Source: Wolbachia endosymbiont of Dirofilaria (Dirofilaria) immitis (GTDB taxonomy: Bacteria; Pseudomonadota; Alphaproteobacteria; Rickettsiales; Anaplasmataceae). From it: 32,000 nucleotides of DNA. Shown piece by piece: positions 22,098 to 32,000 of the stretch. Within the stretch, counting starts at the first letter, position 1. Each line of letters starts with the position of its first letter. The position numbers were made by a program, and so were the translations under genes. Location: the NCBI RefSeq assembly GCF_013365455.1, contig NZ_CP046578.1, positions 420,001 through 452,000 of the forward strand, in the 5' to 3' direction. The notes beneath the pieces were generated by a model. That model saw only the letters and a program-made list of their open reading frames with translations. It ran no database searches and had not been told where the DNA came from.

Positions 22098-23930
22098 ATG
22101 GGCGAATTTAAATCAATCCGTAATATTGCAATAATTGCACACGTCGACCATGGCAAAACTACTTTGCTTGATAATATGTTAAAACAAAGTGGTACGTTTC
22201 GCGGAAATCAAGAAGTACGAGAGCGGGTTATGGATAGTAGTGATCAAGAGCGTGAACGCGGAATTACAATACTTGCAAAATGTACATCGATAACATGGGG
22301 CAATGAAAAGATCAACATTATTGATACACCAGGACATGCAGACTTCGGCGGGGAAGTAGAAAGGGTGCTATGCATGGCAGATGGTGTACTACTGCTGGTT
22401 GATGCTGTAGAAGGTCCAATGCCGCAAACTAAGTTTGTATTATCAAAAGCGCTAAAAGCAGATTTAAAGCCGATTGTAATAATTAACAAGGTTGATCGAC
22501 CAGACAGCAAAATTGATGAAGTATTAAACGAGATATATGAGCTATTTTTTAGTCTTGATGCAACTAATGAGCAGCTAGATTTCCCATTACTGTATGCTTC
22601 TGGTAGGAATGGTTGGTGCGTTAAGAAACTTTCTGATGAAAGAAAAGATTTAAGCCCACTATTTTCGACAGTTATAGATTGCATAAAACCTCTTGTTTAT
22701 GATCAAAGTGCACCTTTTGCTATGCTAGTTACTTTACTTGAATCTGATAGGTTTCTCGGCAGAATCCTGACAGGAAAGGTTTGCCAAGGAATTATAAAAA
22801 TTAACTCTGACCTTAAGGTATTCAACCTCGATGGTAAAGTGGTCGAACGAGGAAGATTGATTAAGTTACTATCATTTTCTGGCTTAAAACGTATTCCAGT
22901 AGAACAAGCTGTAGCAGGTGATATAATTTCAATTGCAGGGCTTAAAAAAGCTTCAGTCTCAGACACCATAGCATCACCGGAAGCTACAACTGTGATAAGC
23001 TCAACTCCAGTTGATCCGCCAATAATGGCAATTACTATAAGCGTTAATGACTCACCCTTCGCTGGGCAAGAGGGAACAAAACTTACTTCGACTGTTATAA
23101 AGGACCGTTTATATGCAGAAGCAGAAACAAATGTTGCAATTACTGTAACTACAACACCAAGTGGTGAGGCATTTGAAGTTGGTGGACGGGGTGAGCTGCA
23201 GCTTGGAGTGTTAATCGAAGATATGAGGAGAGAAGGTTTTGAGCTTTCTATTTCACGCCCTAGAGTCTTTTTTAAAGAAGAAGATGGTAAAAAGCTTGAA
23301 CCTATAGAGGAAGTAGTGATTGATGTTGATGATGAGTATAGCGGAATTATTGTGGAAAAACTTAGCTTTCGCAAAGGTGAAGTGACTGATATTAGATCTT
23401 CTGGTAATAGTAGAACGAGGTTAACGTTTTTAGTGCCATCGAGAGGATTAATCGGATATCAAGGGGAATTTTTGACTGATTCCAGAGGTACTGGTATAAT
23501 GAACCGTGTATTCTATGGTTATGCTCCATATAAAGGTCAAATTTCTGGAAGACGTAATGGGGTATTAATTTCCACTGATCAAGGTGAAGCTGTAGCGTAT
23601 GCAATTTTTAATTTACAAGATAGAGGGATTATGTTTATTAAGCCACAAGACAGAATGTATTGTGGTATGATCATCGGTCAACATAGTCGTGACAATGATT
23701 TGGAAATAAATGTGCTTAAAGGTAAACAGTTAACAAATGTAAGAGCTACAGGTAGTGATGAGGCTGTAAAACTTACTCCACCAAAAATAATGACTTTAGA
23801 AGAAATGATAGCGTATATAAATGATGATGAATTAGTAGAAGTAACTCCGAAGTCTATACGTTTACGTAAGAAATTTCTTAACCCTAATGAACGTAAACGT
23901 GCAGAAAGGGAAAAAATAAAGAATAGATAG
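22098..23930 (+). CDS. typA: Translational GTPase TypA/BipA
   Basis: 610-aa ORF: AHVDHGKTTLLDNML, RERGITILAK, DTPGHADFGGEVER, NKVDRP, EVGGRGELQLGVLIEDMRREGFELSISRP, GLIGYQGEFLTDSRGTGIMNRVF. Confidence 0.97.
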   Translation: MGEFKSIRNIAIIAHVDHGKTTLLDNMLKQSGTFRGNQEVRERVMDSSDQERERGITILAKCTSITWGNEKINIIDTPGHADFGGEVERVLCMADGVLLLVDAVEGPMPQTKFVLSKALKADLKPIVIINKVDRPDSKIDEVLNEIYELFFSLDATNEQLDFPLLYASGRNGWCVKKLSDERKDLSPLFSTVIDCIKPLVYDQSAPFAMLVTLLESDRFLGRILTGKVCQGIIKINSDLKVFNLDGKVVERGRLIKLLSFSGLKRIPVEQAVAGDIISIAGLKKASVSDTIASPEATTVISSTPVDPPIMAITISVNDSPFAGQEGTKLTSTVIKDRLYAEAETNVAITVTTTPSGEAFEVGGRGELQLGVLIEDMRREGFELSISRPRVFFKEEDGKKLEPIEEVVIDVDDEYSGIIVEKLSFRKGEVTDIRSSGNSRTRLTFLVPSRGLIGYQGEFLTDSRGTGIMNRVFYGYAPYKGQISGRRNGVLISTDQGEAVAYAIFNLQDRGIMFIKPQDRMYCGMIIGQHSRDNDLEINVLKGKQLTNVRATGSDEAVKLTPPKIMTLEEMIAYINDDELVEVTPKSIRLRKKFLNPNERKRAEREKIKNR

Positions 23931-24215
23931 AGGTTTTCCTGTTTTGAATAGATATTTTATTATATTACTTCTATTATTCAATCTTTTATATAACCTGCTC
24001 TCAACGGCAATCTTTCATCAAAACTTACTTACGCTTTTTAAATATTTTAAGTATTCTGTAATTCTCATCTATGTTTCCCCTTAGAATTTCTTACTATGAA
24101 TTAGTCATGTAAAAAATCTATTTTATCCTGAAAGTTGTTTTTTTTTGCAATAACTTGTACAGCAGAATGAAATATTAAACTATATTTTCTATAGTTAAGT
24201 TTTTTAGATGAAAAG

Positions 24216-25202
24216 ATGAAAATTTGTGTAGGGATCAATGGCCTTGGTAGAATAGGGAGAAGTGTATTGCGTGCTATTTTCGAAATAGAAAAGTATGGTG
24301 AACAAATAGAGGTTGTAGCTATAAATGGATCACTCAGCGCCAAGCAGCATGTACATTTAATTAAATATGACTCTATTCATGGAAAATTTGATGGTAACGT
24401 TGATTTTAGCGAGTCTGAAAATTGGATTTCTATAAATGGCAAAAAGTTTTTTTTATATAGAGAACGAAATCCTGAAAATATCCCTTGGAATGTTGATGTA
24501 GTACTTGAATGCACCGGTGCGTTTAATAAGCGCATAGAAGCAGTAAAGCATAATGCAGGAAGAGTAATTGTTTCTGCTCCAGTTTCAGATGCTGATGTAA
24601 CTATAGTATATGGTGTGAACAATAGTATGCTAAAAAGAGAGCATAAGGTGATATCAGCAGGTTCTTGTACTACAAATTGTTTAGCTCCAATTGTGCAGGT
24701 TTTGCACTCTAATTTAGGTATAAAAAGTGGTTTTATGACTACTATACACGCCTATACAAACGATCAAAATATTCTTGATGGTAATCATAAAGATTTACAA
24801 AGAGCAAGAGCTTGTGGGTTATCTATAGTGCCAACTACAACTGGAGCAGCAAAAACAATTAGTTCTGTCATTCCTGAATTAAAGGGAAAGCTAGATGGTA
24901 TTGCCATCAGAGTTCCAGTTAGTAATGTCTCTATGATTGATTTTAAATTTATAACTGGTAAGAAAGTAACGGCTGAGGAGATAAATAGGATATTGAAGGA
25001 TTCAGCAAATTATGTACTTTCCATGTGCGAGGAACCTTTAGTTTCAATAGACTTTGTACATAGCCCCTACAGTGCAATTGTAGACTTAGCTGGTACATAT
25101 GTCACAGGTGATATATGTAGGGTTGCAGCATGGTATGATAACGAATGGGCCTTCTCACTAAGGATGTTAGATATAGTGTTATTGTGCTATAATGGAGCAT
25201 GA
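24216..25202 (+). CDS. gap: Glyceraldehyde-3-phosphate dehydrogenase
   Basis: 328-aa ORF: GINGLGRIGRSVLRA, active site SAGSCTTNCLAP, AYTNDQNILD, GIAIRVPVSNVSMIDF, WYDNEWAFSLRM. Confidence 0.95.
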   Translation: MKICVGINGLGRIGRSVLRAIFEIEKYGEQIEVVAINGSLSAKQHVHLIKYDSIHGKFDGNVDFSESENWISINGKKFFLYRERNPENIPWNVDVVLECTGAFNKRIEAVKHNAGRVIVSAPVSDADVTIVYGVNNSMLKREHKVISAGSCTTNCLAPIVQVLHSNLGIKSGFMTTIHAYTNDQNILDGNHKDLQRARACGLSIVPTTTGAAKTISSVIPELKGKLDGIAIRVPVSNVSMIDFKFITGKKVTAEEINRILKDSANYVLSMCEEPLVSIDFVHSPYSAIVDLAGTYVTGDICRVAAWYDNEWAFSLRMLDIVLLCYNGA

Positions 25203-25963
25203 ATAAAAACCCAAACGAATATACTTCATTTTATGAGCACTTTGCAGAGCTTAGGAGAAAGGTTATTTTCTGCTTTCTGTTTTTTCTCGTTGTTTTTGGT
25301 TTTTGCTACTATTTTAAAGAGAATATATACTATTTTTTACTCACTCCTTTAATAGAGGCCACAAAAGGAAGTAATAGCTTTTCTCTAATCTATACAGACT
25401 TGACAGAGGCATTTTTTGTATATCTCAGAGTTGCTATAATGAGCGCACTTTTGTTTTCTTTTCCTGTATTTGCATGGAAGTTTTATATGTTTTTAGCACC
25501 TGGACTATATAAAAGTGAAAGGGCAGTGTTGTTACCATATTTAATTGCAACACCAGTTTTGTTTATAACAGGAGCTGCTGTAGTTTATTATTATATATTT
25601 CCTTTAGCTTGGAGGTTTTTTATTGCTTTTGAAAGTAGTGGCAAACCTTTTGGCATACCAATAGAGTTTATGCCGTCAGTCAGTGAATATTTAGACCTTG
25701 TTCTCCAATTCATGTTTGCATTTGGCGCTGCATTTCAAATTCCGGTTATACTCACGTTAATGGTTAGAGTCAGGTTACTTACCACACAAAATTTGTCGAG
25801 TAGGAGGAGAATTGCAATAGTGGTAATTTTTATTATTGCTGCAGTCCTAACTCCACCTGATGTATTAAGCCAAGTAGGACTTGCAGTACCAATGCTGATT
25901 CTATATGAACTATCTATTCTAGTATGCAGATATATTGAAAAGAAGGCAAAAAGTAATACTTGA
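25199..25963 (+). CDS. tatC: Sec-independent protein translocase subunit TatC
   Basis: 254-aa multi-span ORF with FYEHFAELRRKVIFC, FPVFAWKFYMFLAPGLYKSERAVLLPY and LTPPDVLSQVGLAVPMLILYELSI; overlaps gap stop by 4 nt. Confidence 0.95.
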   Translation: MNKNPNEYTSFYEHFAELRRKVIFCFLFFLVVFGFCYYFKENIYYFLLTPLIEATKGSNSFSLIYTDLTEAFFVYLRVAIMSALLFSFPVFAWKFYMFLAPGLYKSERAVLLPYLIATPVLFITGAAVVYYYIFPLAWRFFIAFESSGKPFGIPIEFMPSVSEYLDLVLQFMFAFGAAFQIPVILTLMVRVRLLTTQNLSSRRRIAIVVIFIIAAVLTPPDVLSQVGLAVPMLILYELSILVCRYIEKKAKSNT

Positions 25964-25981
25964 TATTGACATTTATAAAAA

Positions 25982-28900
25982 TTACATAATATATATTATG
26001 GAAAATGAAATAGAGATTAAACATTTTCTTCCTTTTAGGCTTCTGGTGATAGCCTCATTAGTCTTTGTTACAGCGCGGTTAAATACTTCCAATAACCTCT
26101 TAAGTAGACTTGGAGTTAACGAAAATATAGGATTAACAGATACATTACTATTTTTATCATCACCACTTGCTTTATAATCTATTGAGATAATTCCTCTACT
26201 TTTTCCACCAGTAAGAAGTTTTCCAATTATAGGAATCTTTAACAGAGATTTATTAATTGAATATGCTGGTATTACTTGTCCTTCGACCTGAAACTTGTGA
26301 TCTCTAACATCAAGCTTACCACTGGCGCTAATACCTAATTCTGCTCCTTCAAGCCAAGACTCTTCAATTTCAATAATACCATCTTTATATGAAAAAGGTG
26401 CGTTATACTTATCAAAATATACACCTTCATTCTTTATAGCATTTACAATACCAGGCAATGAAGACATTGACAATAAAGTAGTGAGTAGTGGAGCATCTTT
26501 GATGTAGAAATTACTAATGGATAGCATACCATGATGTTCTCCACTCTTCCTCTGAGGGGATAGATAAAAAGATAATTTGCCATTTTTAATTGATCTGCTA
26601 ATTCCTAGAGAACGCAAAAATATGCCTGAATTATCTGTATATATTTCAAGACCTATTCCACTATACTCTGCTAATATATTACTGTTATCTTTCAGAAATT
26701 GCCCTGTAAATTGACTTCCACTGCAATCACCTTTAGTACAAGTTAAATTCAGTTTAGCATTTTTAATAATAATATCTTCTTTCATAACTACGTTATCAAT
26801 ATTCATGCTAACTTCTATATTACTGTTTAATCTATTACTATCTTTGCCAAGCAAACCTAAAATATCACCTAAGTTCACTTTCTCACCATGGATAGTTATA
26901 GCGTTTTTCTCTTTACCTGATTTAATCTCTATACTAAAGTTATTATCAGGAAGTTTAAAGTCGCTAGAACTTAAGTATAAATTTCCATTTTCTAATTTCC
27001 CATTGAATTTTATATTTAAGCCATTTCCTATAAAGTCTAATTTATCTATTAGTAGCTCACCTGCTCCCTTTAACTTTGCAGAAAATGAAATTTTATTGTG
27101 ATCCTCAAAATAATTTTTCCGCCCTAGATAGCTTGAATGCAACTCAAGCTCTGATAAATCTACATTACCATTAATATACCCAGTCTTATCCTGATTTATC
27201 ACTGATTCTATATTTGCATTGATGTAACCATTACCAAAATTAAGTATTTGAGCAGGTAAATCTCCGGTTAAATTCCAGGAAAAACTTCTATTTTTGTTGC
27301 TACTTTTCAAGTCAAATATTAGCTGTGTATTATTCACTATGCCGCTTCCACGTAAATCAATAAAATCCCTACTAAAATCAAGCTTAACATCGTACTTACC
27401 GAGGTTTACATCACAGATAACTAGATTGTCAATTTTAGAATGGAAATTGGCTAAAAAATTTGCTTTTTTATTATCGGTGTTCAGATTAAAAACACGAAAA
27501 TTGAATATAGATTTTGCTTTTCCATCTATTTTGTCCCTTGTAATTTTAATAATATCATCTAGCTTAAATTTTATGGGCTCATATAACCCATAAGCATCAC
27601 TCACAGCCTGGCCATTGATAACAAGAACTGAATCTTCTTCATTAAAAGAATTCATTTCAATATATCCACTATCAATGGTAAAGTTCTGAAACTTAGCACT
27701 ATTTATAGTAATTTTCAGATTATTATTTCTAAGAGTTAAGTAACCATTTAATTCCTTTACTTGTTCGGAATTTTCATCAAATTTTACACTACCGTTTTCT
27801 ATATCAGCAATAACTGCAACATTCGATAAGTTATTATTAATTAAATTATTAATTTTGCCATTGAAACTTATAACTGTATTTATAATATTCCCATTAATAT
27901 TACGGCAATACCATTTTTTAAATTTACTATTTACTACACTATCTGGTACATAGGTACATAAATCCCTTGCAGCAAGTCTGCCAATGTTTGCCCTAAGCAG
28001 GGCATTATTTGTGCTAAGGTTTATTTTACCTATTAAAGAGAGAGATATATCGTATAAGTTAAAACAGAAGTTTCTTACACTCATTACCCCATTATTATAT
28101 GTTAAACTTATGTTTACGTTAGTTATAGGTAAGTCTTTGTTTACATAATTTCTTATATCCAACACGTATATATTTCCATCTACGACTTCATTCTTTCTAT
28201 TAATTTTCATTGAAAAGCTTCCTTTAAATCCTACGTCTTTGTTTAAACTGTAATTTTTAACTAACGTAAAAAATTCGCTTAATAATCCCAATTTTAAGTT
28301 ATAGAATGTTCCACACACATTTAATAAACTATTGTGATTTTTTACTATAATAGACAAATCACCTAGAATCCCTTTTTTATCTTTTGTGTGAATATGGATA
28401 TCCAAAATATCAAAATTCTTTCCCTTTCCTACATACACTTTATCAATAAAAAATTCCTTCTCTGCATCTTTATTTATAGTAATATTAGTAATTTCAACTT
28501 TTGAATCTGCATTCAAGTCAAAAAAGAATTTTTTCATTGCTTTCAAATAATTTTGAAAACTAAAATCAACCGCTTTGGAGTCAGCTTTTTCCTTATTAGC
28601 AGTTCCTGTAATCATTAAAGCTGTTGACACTGAGATCCGTTTTTTTTCTCCTTGAATCTCAGAGTCATGCATTGAAATAACAGTGGCAGGCCAAATATGT
28701 ATATGTACTTTATCAGCTAAAACCTGAGAAAATTGTATATTAGTTTTAAATAAAGAGTTTATCTTAAAATGCACGAAAAAGTTGGCAATTTTTATAGTAA
28801 AATCATGATTTACTACTTCAAAATCCGTAATAACTAAGCACGGATCTTTACTACCTTTTTGCCATATAATCGAAGTACCATTCATATTGATATTTGCATT

Positions 28901-29050
28901 GGCAAGCGCTCCTGATATCTTCTTTCTTATATAGAAATTAATATAATTAGTATTAATTTCTAAAGAATCCTCATTTTTAAACAAGATAAAGAAGCAAAAT
29001 ACGAATAATAAAACTATAAAAAATAATACAGTGATTTTTTTAAGCATCAA
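25982..29050 (-). CDS. Large AsmA/YhdP-like (DUF3971-type) envelope protein
   Basis: 1022-aa ORF with a single N-terminal transmembrane segment, long beta-rich repetitive body and AsmA-like C-terminal pattern (GKLSFYLSPQRKSGEHHGMLSISNFYIKDAPLLTTLLSMSSLPGIVNAIKNEGVYFDKYNAPFSYKDGIIEIEESWLEGAELGISASGKLD). Confidence 0.75.
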   Translation of the reverse strand: MMLKKITVLFFIVLLFVFCFFILFKNEDSLEINTNYINFYIRKKISGALANANINMNGTSIIWQKGSKDPCLVITDFEVVNHDFTIKIANFFVHFKINSLFKTNIQFSQVLADKVHIHIWPATVISMHDSEIQGEKKRISVSTALMITGTANKEKADSKAVDFSFQNYLKAMKKFFFDLNADSKVEITNITINKDAEKEFFIDKVYVGKGKNFDILDIHIHTKDKKGILGDLSIIVKNHNSLLNVCGTFYNLKLGLLSEFFTLVKNYSLNKDVGFKGSFSMKINRKNEVVDGNIYVLDIRNYVNKDLPITNVNISLTYNNGVMSVRNFCFNLYDISLSLIGKINLSTNNALLRANIGRLAARDLCTYVPDSVVNSKFKKWYCRNINGNIINTVISFNGKINNLINNNLSNVAVIADIENGSVKFDENSEQVKELNGYLTLRNNNLKITINSAKFQNFTIDSGYIEMNSFNEEDSVLVINGQAVSDAYGLYEPIKFKLDDIIKITRDKIDGKAKSIFNFRVFNLNTDNKKANFLANFHSKIDNLVICDVNLGKYDVKLDFSRDFIDLRGSGIVNNTQLIFDLKSSNKNRSFSWNLTGDLPAQILNFGNGYINANIESVINQDKTGYINGNVDLSELELHSSYLGRKNYFEDHNKISFSAKLKGAGELLIDKLDFIGNGLNIKFNGKLENGNLYLSSSDFKLPDNNFSIEIKSGKEKNAITIHGEKVNLGDILGLLGKDSNRLNSNIEVSMNIDNVVMKEDIIIKNAKLNLTCTKGDCSGSQFTGQFLKDNSNILAEYSGIGLEIYTDNSGIFLRSLGISRSIKNGKLSFYLSPQRKSGEHHGMLSISNFYIKDAPLLTTLLSMSSLPGIVNAIKNEGVYFDKYNAPFSYKDGIIEIEESWLEGAELGISASGKLDVRDHKFQVEGQVIPAYSINKSLLKIPIIGKLLTGGKSRGIISIDYKASGDDKNSNVSVNPIFSLTPSLLKRLLEVFNRAVTKTNEAITRSLKGRKCLISISFSIIYIM

Positions 29051-29477
29051 TTATTGCTTTTCTTGCTAAGCTATCAGCCTCCTCGTTGTGCTTATCACAA
29101 TTATGCGCTTTAACCCATTTCCAATTAATATCATGTTGTAGGGCAGCATTATCTAACTCTTTCCACAATTCTATGTTCTTTACTGATTTCTTATTACTTG
29201 TTTTCCAGCCGTTCATTTTCCACTTATCTATCCATTCTGTTATGCCACGTTTAATATAGAGGCTGTCTGTATATAAGTTAACATTGCAAGGAAATTTTAA
29301 CGCCTTCAGCCCATTAATCACTGCTGTTAATTCCATTTTATTATTTGTAGTGTTTTCTTCCCTACCATAAATACTCTTTCTATGGCCTTTAAATAATATT
29401 ATTACTGCCCACCCTCCTGTTCCCGGATTACAAGAACATGCTCCGTCTGTGTATATTGTTACTTCCTTTTTATTCAT
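29040..29477 (-). CDS. rnhA: Ribonuclease HI
   Basis: 145-aa ORF: VTIYTDGACSCNPGTGGWAVII, NNKMELTAVINGLKAL, LYTDSLYIKRGITEWI, KAHNCDKHNEEADSLARKA. Confidence 0.96.
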   Translation of the reverse strand: MNKKEVTIYTDGACSCNPGTGGWAVIILFKGHRKSIYGREENTTNNKMELTAVINGLKALKFPCNVNLYTDSLYIKRGITEWIDKWKMNGWKTSNKKSVKNIELWKELDNAALQHDINWKWVKAHNCDKHNEEADSLARKAIIDA

Positions 29478-29676
29478 TTTTTACTATATGAGCTATATGA
29501 ATAGTAAAGCGTATGCCTACTTCTATAAAAGCACAATTTTAATGAAACTTACAGAAATAGGGCAATTTAAGCTATACCTTTAAATTTTATTATAGAAACG
29601 AAAAAGAGTCCAACAGTTAGCACTATCAGGAGAAAAAGTAAAAAGTAGTTTTTGTTTTTCTGCTGTTCCTTCATAA

Positions 29677-30564
29677 TCAAAACCAATTAATGGAACAAAA
29701 GATAATACTAGCAAATAGAGAGAATAGGTAGGAAATTGAATAAGAAAACATTTTTTTCTGTGAGCTATAATTTTTAAGCCTAATAATAGATATAGCATAC
29801 CAAATAAAAATGCAGCCCTCGAGAATTGCTACGCTTAGGTAGAGTAAAACCCTTTTTAAAAATAATGATGGAAGTAGGCTGGTCAATACTAGCAGTATAC
29901 TATAAATTAATATATGTTTCCTTGTTTTTTCTGAGCCATAGACAATATTGAACATTGGGATTGATGCTTTTGTATATTCCTCAGACTTATTTAGAGATAA
30001 AGCCCAAAAGTGCGGTGGAGTCCACATGAAAATTATTAAAAATAGAATAAAACTTTCCCAGCTTATAGAATTAGTTACGGTTGCCCAACCGATCATTGGA
30101 GAAAAAGCACCTGATATACCACCGACAACGATATTTTGCGGAGTGCGCCTTTTAAGCCAAATTGTATATATAAAAACGTAAAACAATATACCAATTGCAA
30201 GTAAAACAGCAGAAATATAATTCACTGCTATTGCCATAATAAATACTGACAATACTCCAAGAGTTATACCAAACTCAAGAGCACTTTCTGCAGAGACTTT
30301 ACCTGAAGGTATAGGACGATTTTGTGTCCTTTTCATGAGCAGATCTATATCTCTGTCATACCACATATTTATGGCACCTGCAGATCCTGAACCAAGAGCA
30401 ATACATATAATGGATATTAGTGCAATGAAAGGATGTATATTACCTGGTGCAACAACCATTCCAGCAACTGCAGTAAATACTACAAGATATATCACCTTTG
30501 GCTTTAATAAACACCAAAAGTCCAGTATTGTTGATTCAACATTTAACAAAGCACTCGTATACAT
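29677..30564 (-). CDS. ctaB: Protoheme IX farnesyltransferase (heme O synthase)
   Basis: 295-aa membrane ORF: [88 protein letters not shown]. Confidence 0.96.
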   Translation of the reverse strand: MYTSALLNVESTILDFWCLLKPKVIYLVVFTAVAGMVVAPGNIHPFIALISIICIALGSGSAGAINMWYDRDIDLLMKRTQNRPIPSGKVSAESALEFGITLGVLSVFIMAIAVNYISAVLLAIGILFYVFIYTIWLKRRTPQNIVVGGISGAFSPMIGWATVTNSISWESFILFLIIFMWTPPHFWALSLNKSEEYTKASIPMFNIVYGSEKTRKHILIYSILLVLTSLLPSLFLKRVLLYLSVAILEGCIFIWYAISIIRLKNYSSQKKMFSYSISYLFSLFASIIFCSINWF

Positions 30565-30565
30565 C

Positions 30566-32000
30566 CTATTTTATAACCGGCGGTTTTTCGAAAGTATGAA
30601 AAGGTGGTGGTGAAGATACTGTCCATTCTAAGGTATCACCTCCCCAAGGGTTATCTTCAACTTTTTTACCCCATTTAAATAAATGTATAATTATGAATAT
30701 AAAAAGCATAACTGAAATGAAGGACATATATGAACCAATCGAGGATATATAGTTCCAAGGAATAAATGCATCAGGGTAATCAGGTATGCGCCTTGGCATA
30801 CCAGCTAACCCTAAGAAATGCTGAGGCAAAAAGGTGATATTAGTACTAATAAAAGTAAACCAAAAGTGTATTTTTCCTAGGGACTCATTATACTGCCTAC
30901 CTGACATTTTACCTATCCAATAGTAAAAGCCAGCGAAGGCTCCAAATAATACAGCTATTGACATAACATAATGAAAATGAGCAACAATATAATATGTATC
31001 ATGTAATAGCCTATCCACTCCACCTTGAGATGAAATTACTCCAGTTACACCGCCTCCTACAAACATAAAAATGAAACCTAGTGCGAACAGCATAGGAGTC
31101 TTAAGTTCAATTGCTCCACCCCACATAGTTGCAATCCAGCTAAATACTTTAACACCGGTTATAACACCAATAAAAATTGTGCTAGTACTAAAAAATATAA
31201 TAGCATCTTCACTAAGTCCAACAGTAAACATATGATGAGCCCAGACTATAAAACCAAATGTTGCTATCGCTATCATAGCATAAACCATCCCTATATAACC
31301 AAACACTGGTCTATGAGAAAAAGTTGACACGACCTGGCTTATGATACCAAACGCAGGGAAAATAATGATATAAACCTCTGGATGACCGAAAAACCAAAAT
31401 AGATGTTGAAATAATACAGGATCACCACCACCAGCTGGATTAAAAAAGGAAGTACCAATATTACGGTCAGTAAGTAGCATAGTTATAGCACCAGCAAGTA
31501 CTGGTAAAGCAATAATTAACATAAATGAAGTCAACAAAATAGACCAAACAAATAGTGGCATCTTAGTTAATGACATACCTTTTGCACGCATATTAAATAT
31601 AGTGACTATAAAGTTGATTGCTCCAACAATTGAAGACATACCAGCAATATGAAGTGCAAATATAGCAAGGTCAACTCCTGCACCTGGGTGGAACATGATT
31701 TGTGACAAAGGTGGATATAAAGTCCACCCTGTTCCAGGACCTTCACCAGCAAATACTGAGAGAAGGAGCAAAATAAAAGATGACACTAATAACCAAAAAC
31801 TTAGATTATTCATACGAGGAAATGCCATGTCTGGTGAACCAATCATGAGAGGAACAAACCAATTACCAAATCCTCCCATTAGAGCTGGCATTATCATAAA
31901 AAATACCATTATTACTGCATGTCCTGTAACTATTACGTTATATAGTTGATAATTACTACCTAGTATATTGATATGCATTAGCTGAGTACGAATAATTATT
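30566..32000 (-). CDS. coxA: Cytochrome c oxidase subunit I, N-terminal portion beyond the right edge
   Basis: [74 protein letters not shown]. The frame stays open upstream of the internal ATG at 31978 ([14 protein letters not shown]), so the true start lies outside. Confidence 0.97.
   Translation of the reverse strand, partial: IIIRTQLMHINILGSNYQLYNVIVTGHAVIMVFFMIMPALMGGFGNWFVPLMIGSPDMAFPRMNNLSFWLLVSSFILLLLSVFAGEGPGTGWTLYPPLSQIMFHPGAGVDLAIFALHIAGMSSIVGAINFIVTIFNMRAKGMSLTKMPLFVWSILLTSFMLIIALPVLAGAITMLLTDRNIGTSFFNPAGGGDPVLFQHLFWFFGHPEVYIIIFPAFGIISQVVSTFSHRPVFGYIGMVYAMIAIATFGFIVWAHHMFTVGLSEDAIIFFSTSTIFIGVITGVKVFSWIATMWGGAIELKTPMLFALGFIFMFVGGGVTGVISSQGGVDRLLHDTYYIVAHFHYVMSIAVLFGAFAGFYYWIGKMSGRQYNESLGKIHFWFTFISTNITFLPQHFLGLAGMPRRIPDYPDAFIPWNYISSIGSYMSFISVMLFIFIIIHLFKWGKKVEDNPWGGDTLEWTVSSPPPFHTFEKPPVIK

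Noticed and set aside
5115-23604. Antisense ORFs inside valS, pyrF, cckA, dnaJ, pdhB and typA (for example 6939-7271, 8667-9035, 16406-16741, 22244-22684, 22703-23374)
   Set aside because: They mirror strongly coding sequence on the other strand; shadow ORFs explained by codon bias, with no independent protein signature.
25935-29798. Short plus-strand ORFs (25935-26177, 26805-27101, 27294-27593, 29580-29798)
   Set aside because: 25935-26177 spans the tatC 3' end and the AsmA-like gene's 3' end in alternative frames; the next two lie antisense to the AsmA-like gene and the last covers the rnhA-ctaB gap and ctaB 3' end. None has recognisable motifs.
1-32000. CRISPR arrays, toxin-antitoxin pairs, phage structural genes, IS elements with transposase
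   Set aside because: Looked for on both strands by eye. No regularly spaced direct repeats, no recognisable transposase or phage proteins, and no cas or defence-type domains were seen.

Overview
The window reads as an ordinary, AT-rich housekeeping stretch of an Anaplasmataceae genome. It is most likely Wolbachia, inferred from protein style and from linked genes such as coxA-ctaB-rnhA; no search was run. Supported intact genes are pheT (partial, -), a D-Ala-D-Ala carboxypeptidase (-), valS (+), pyrF (+), hemF (-), cckA-type hybrid kinase (+), tRNA-Arg(ACG) (+), dnaJ (+), pdhB (+), mgtE (-), prfB with a +1 programmed frameshift (+), typA/bipA (+), gap (+), tatC (+), a large AsmA/DUF3971-like envelope protein (-), rnhA (-), ctaB (-) and coxA (partial, -). 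I found no convincing novel defence or mobile system. The unusual content lies in the long gaps between genes. These hold a decayed parB-like gene (~14481-15242), a ~289-bp element bounded by near-perfect 50-bp inverted arms right after cckA (13700-13988), an ankyrin-repeat remnant (17663-18113), several decayed membrane or coiled-coil reading frames (4144-4578, 7276-7517, 7717-8037), and a small Cys-containing membrane ORF (15276-15503).
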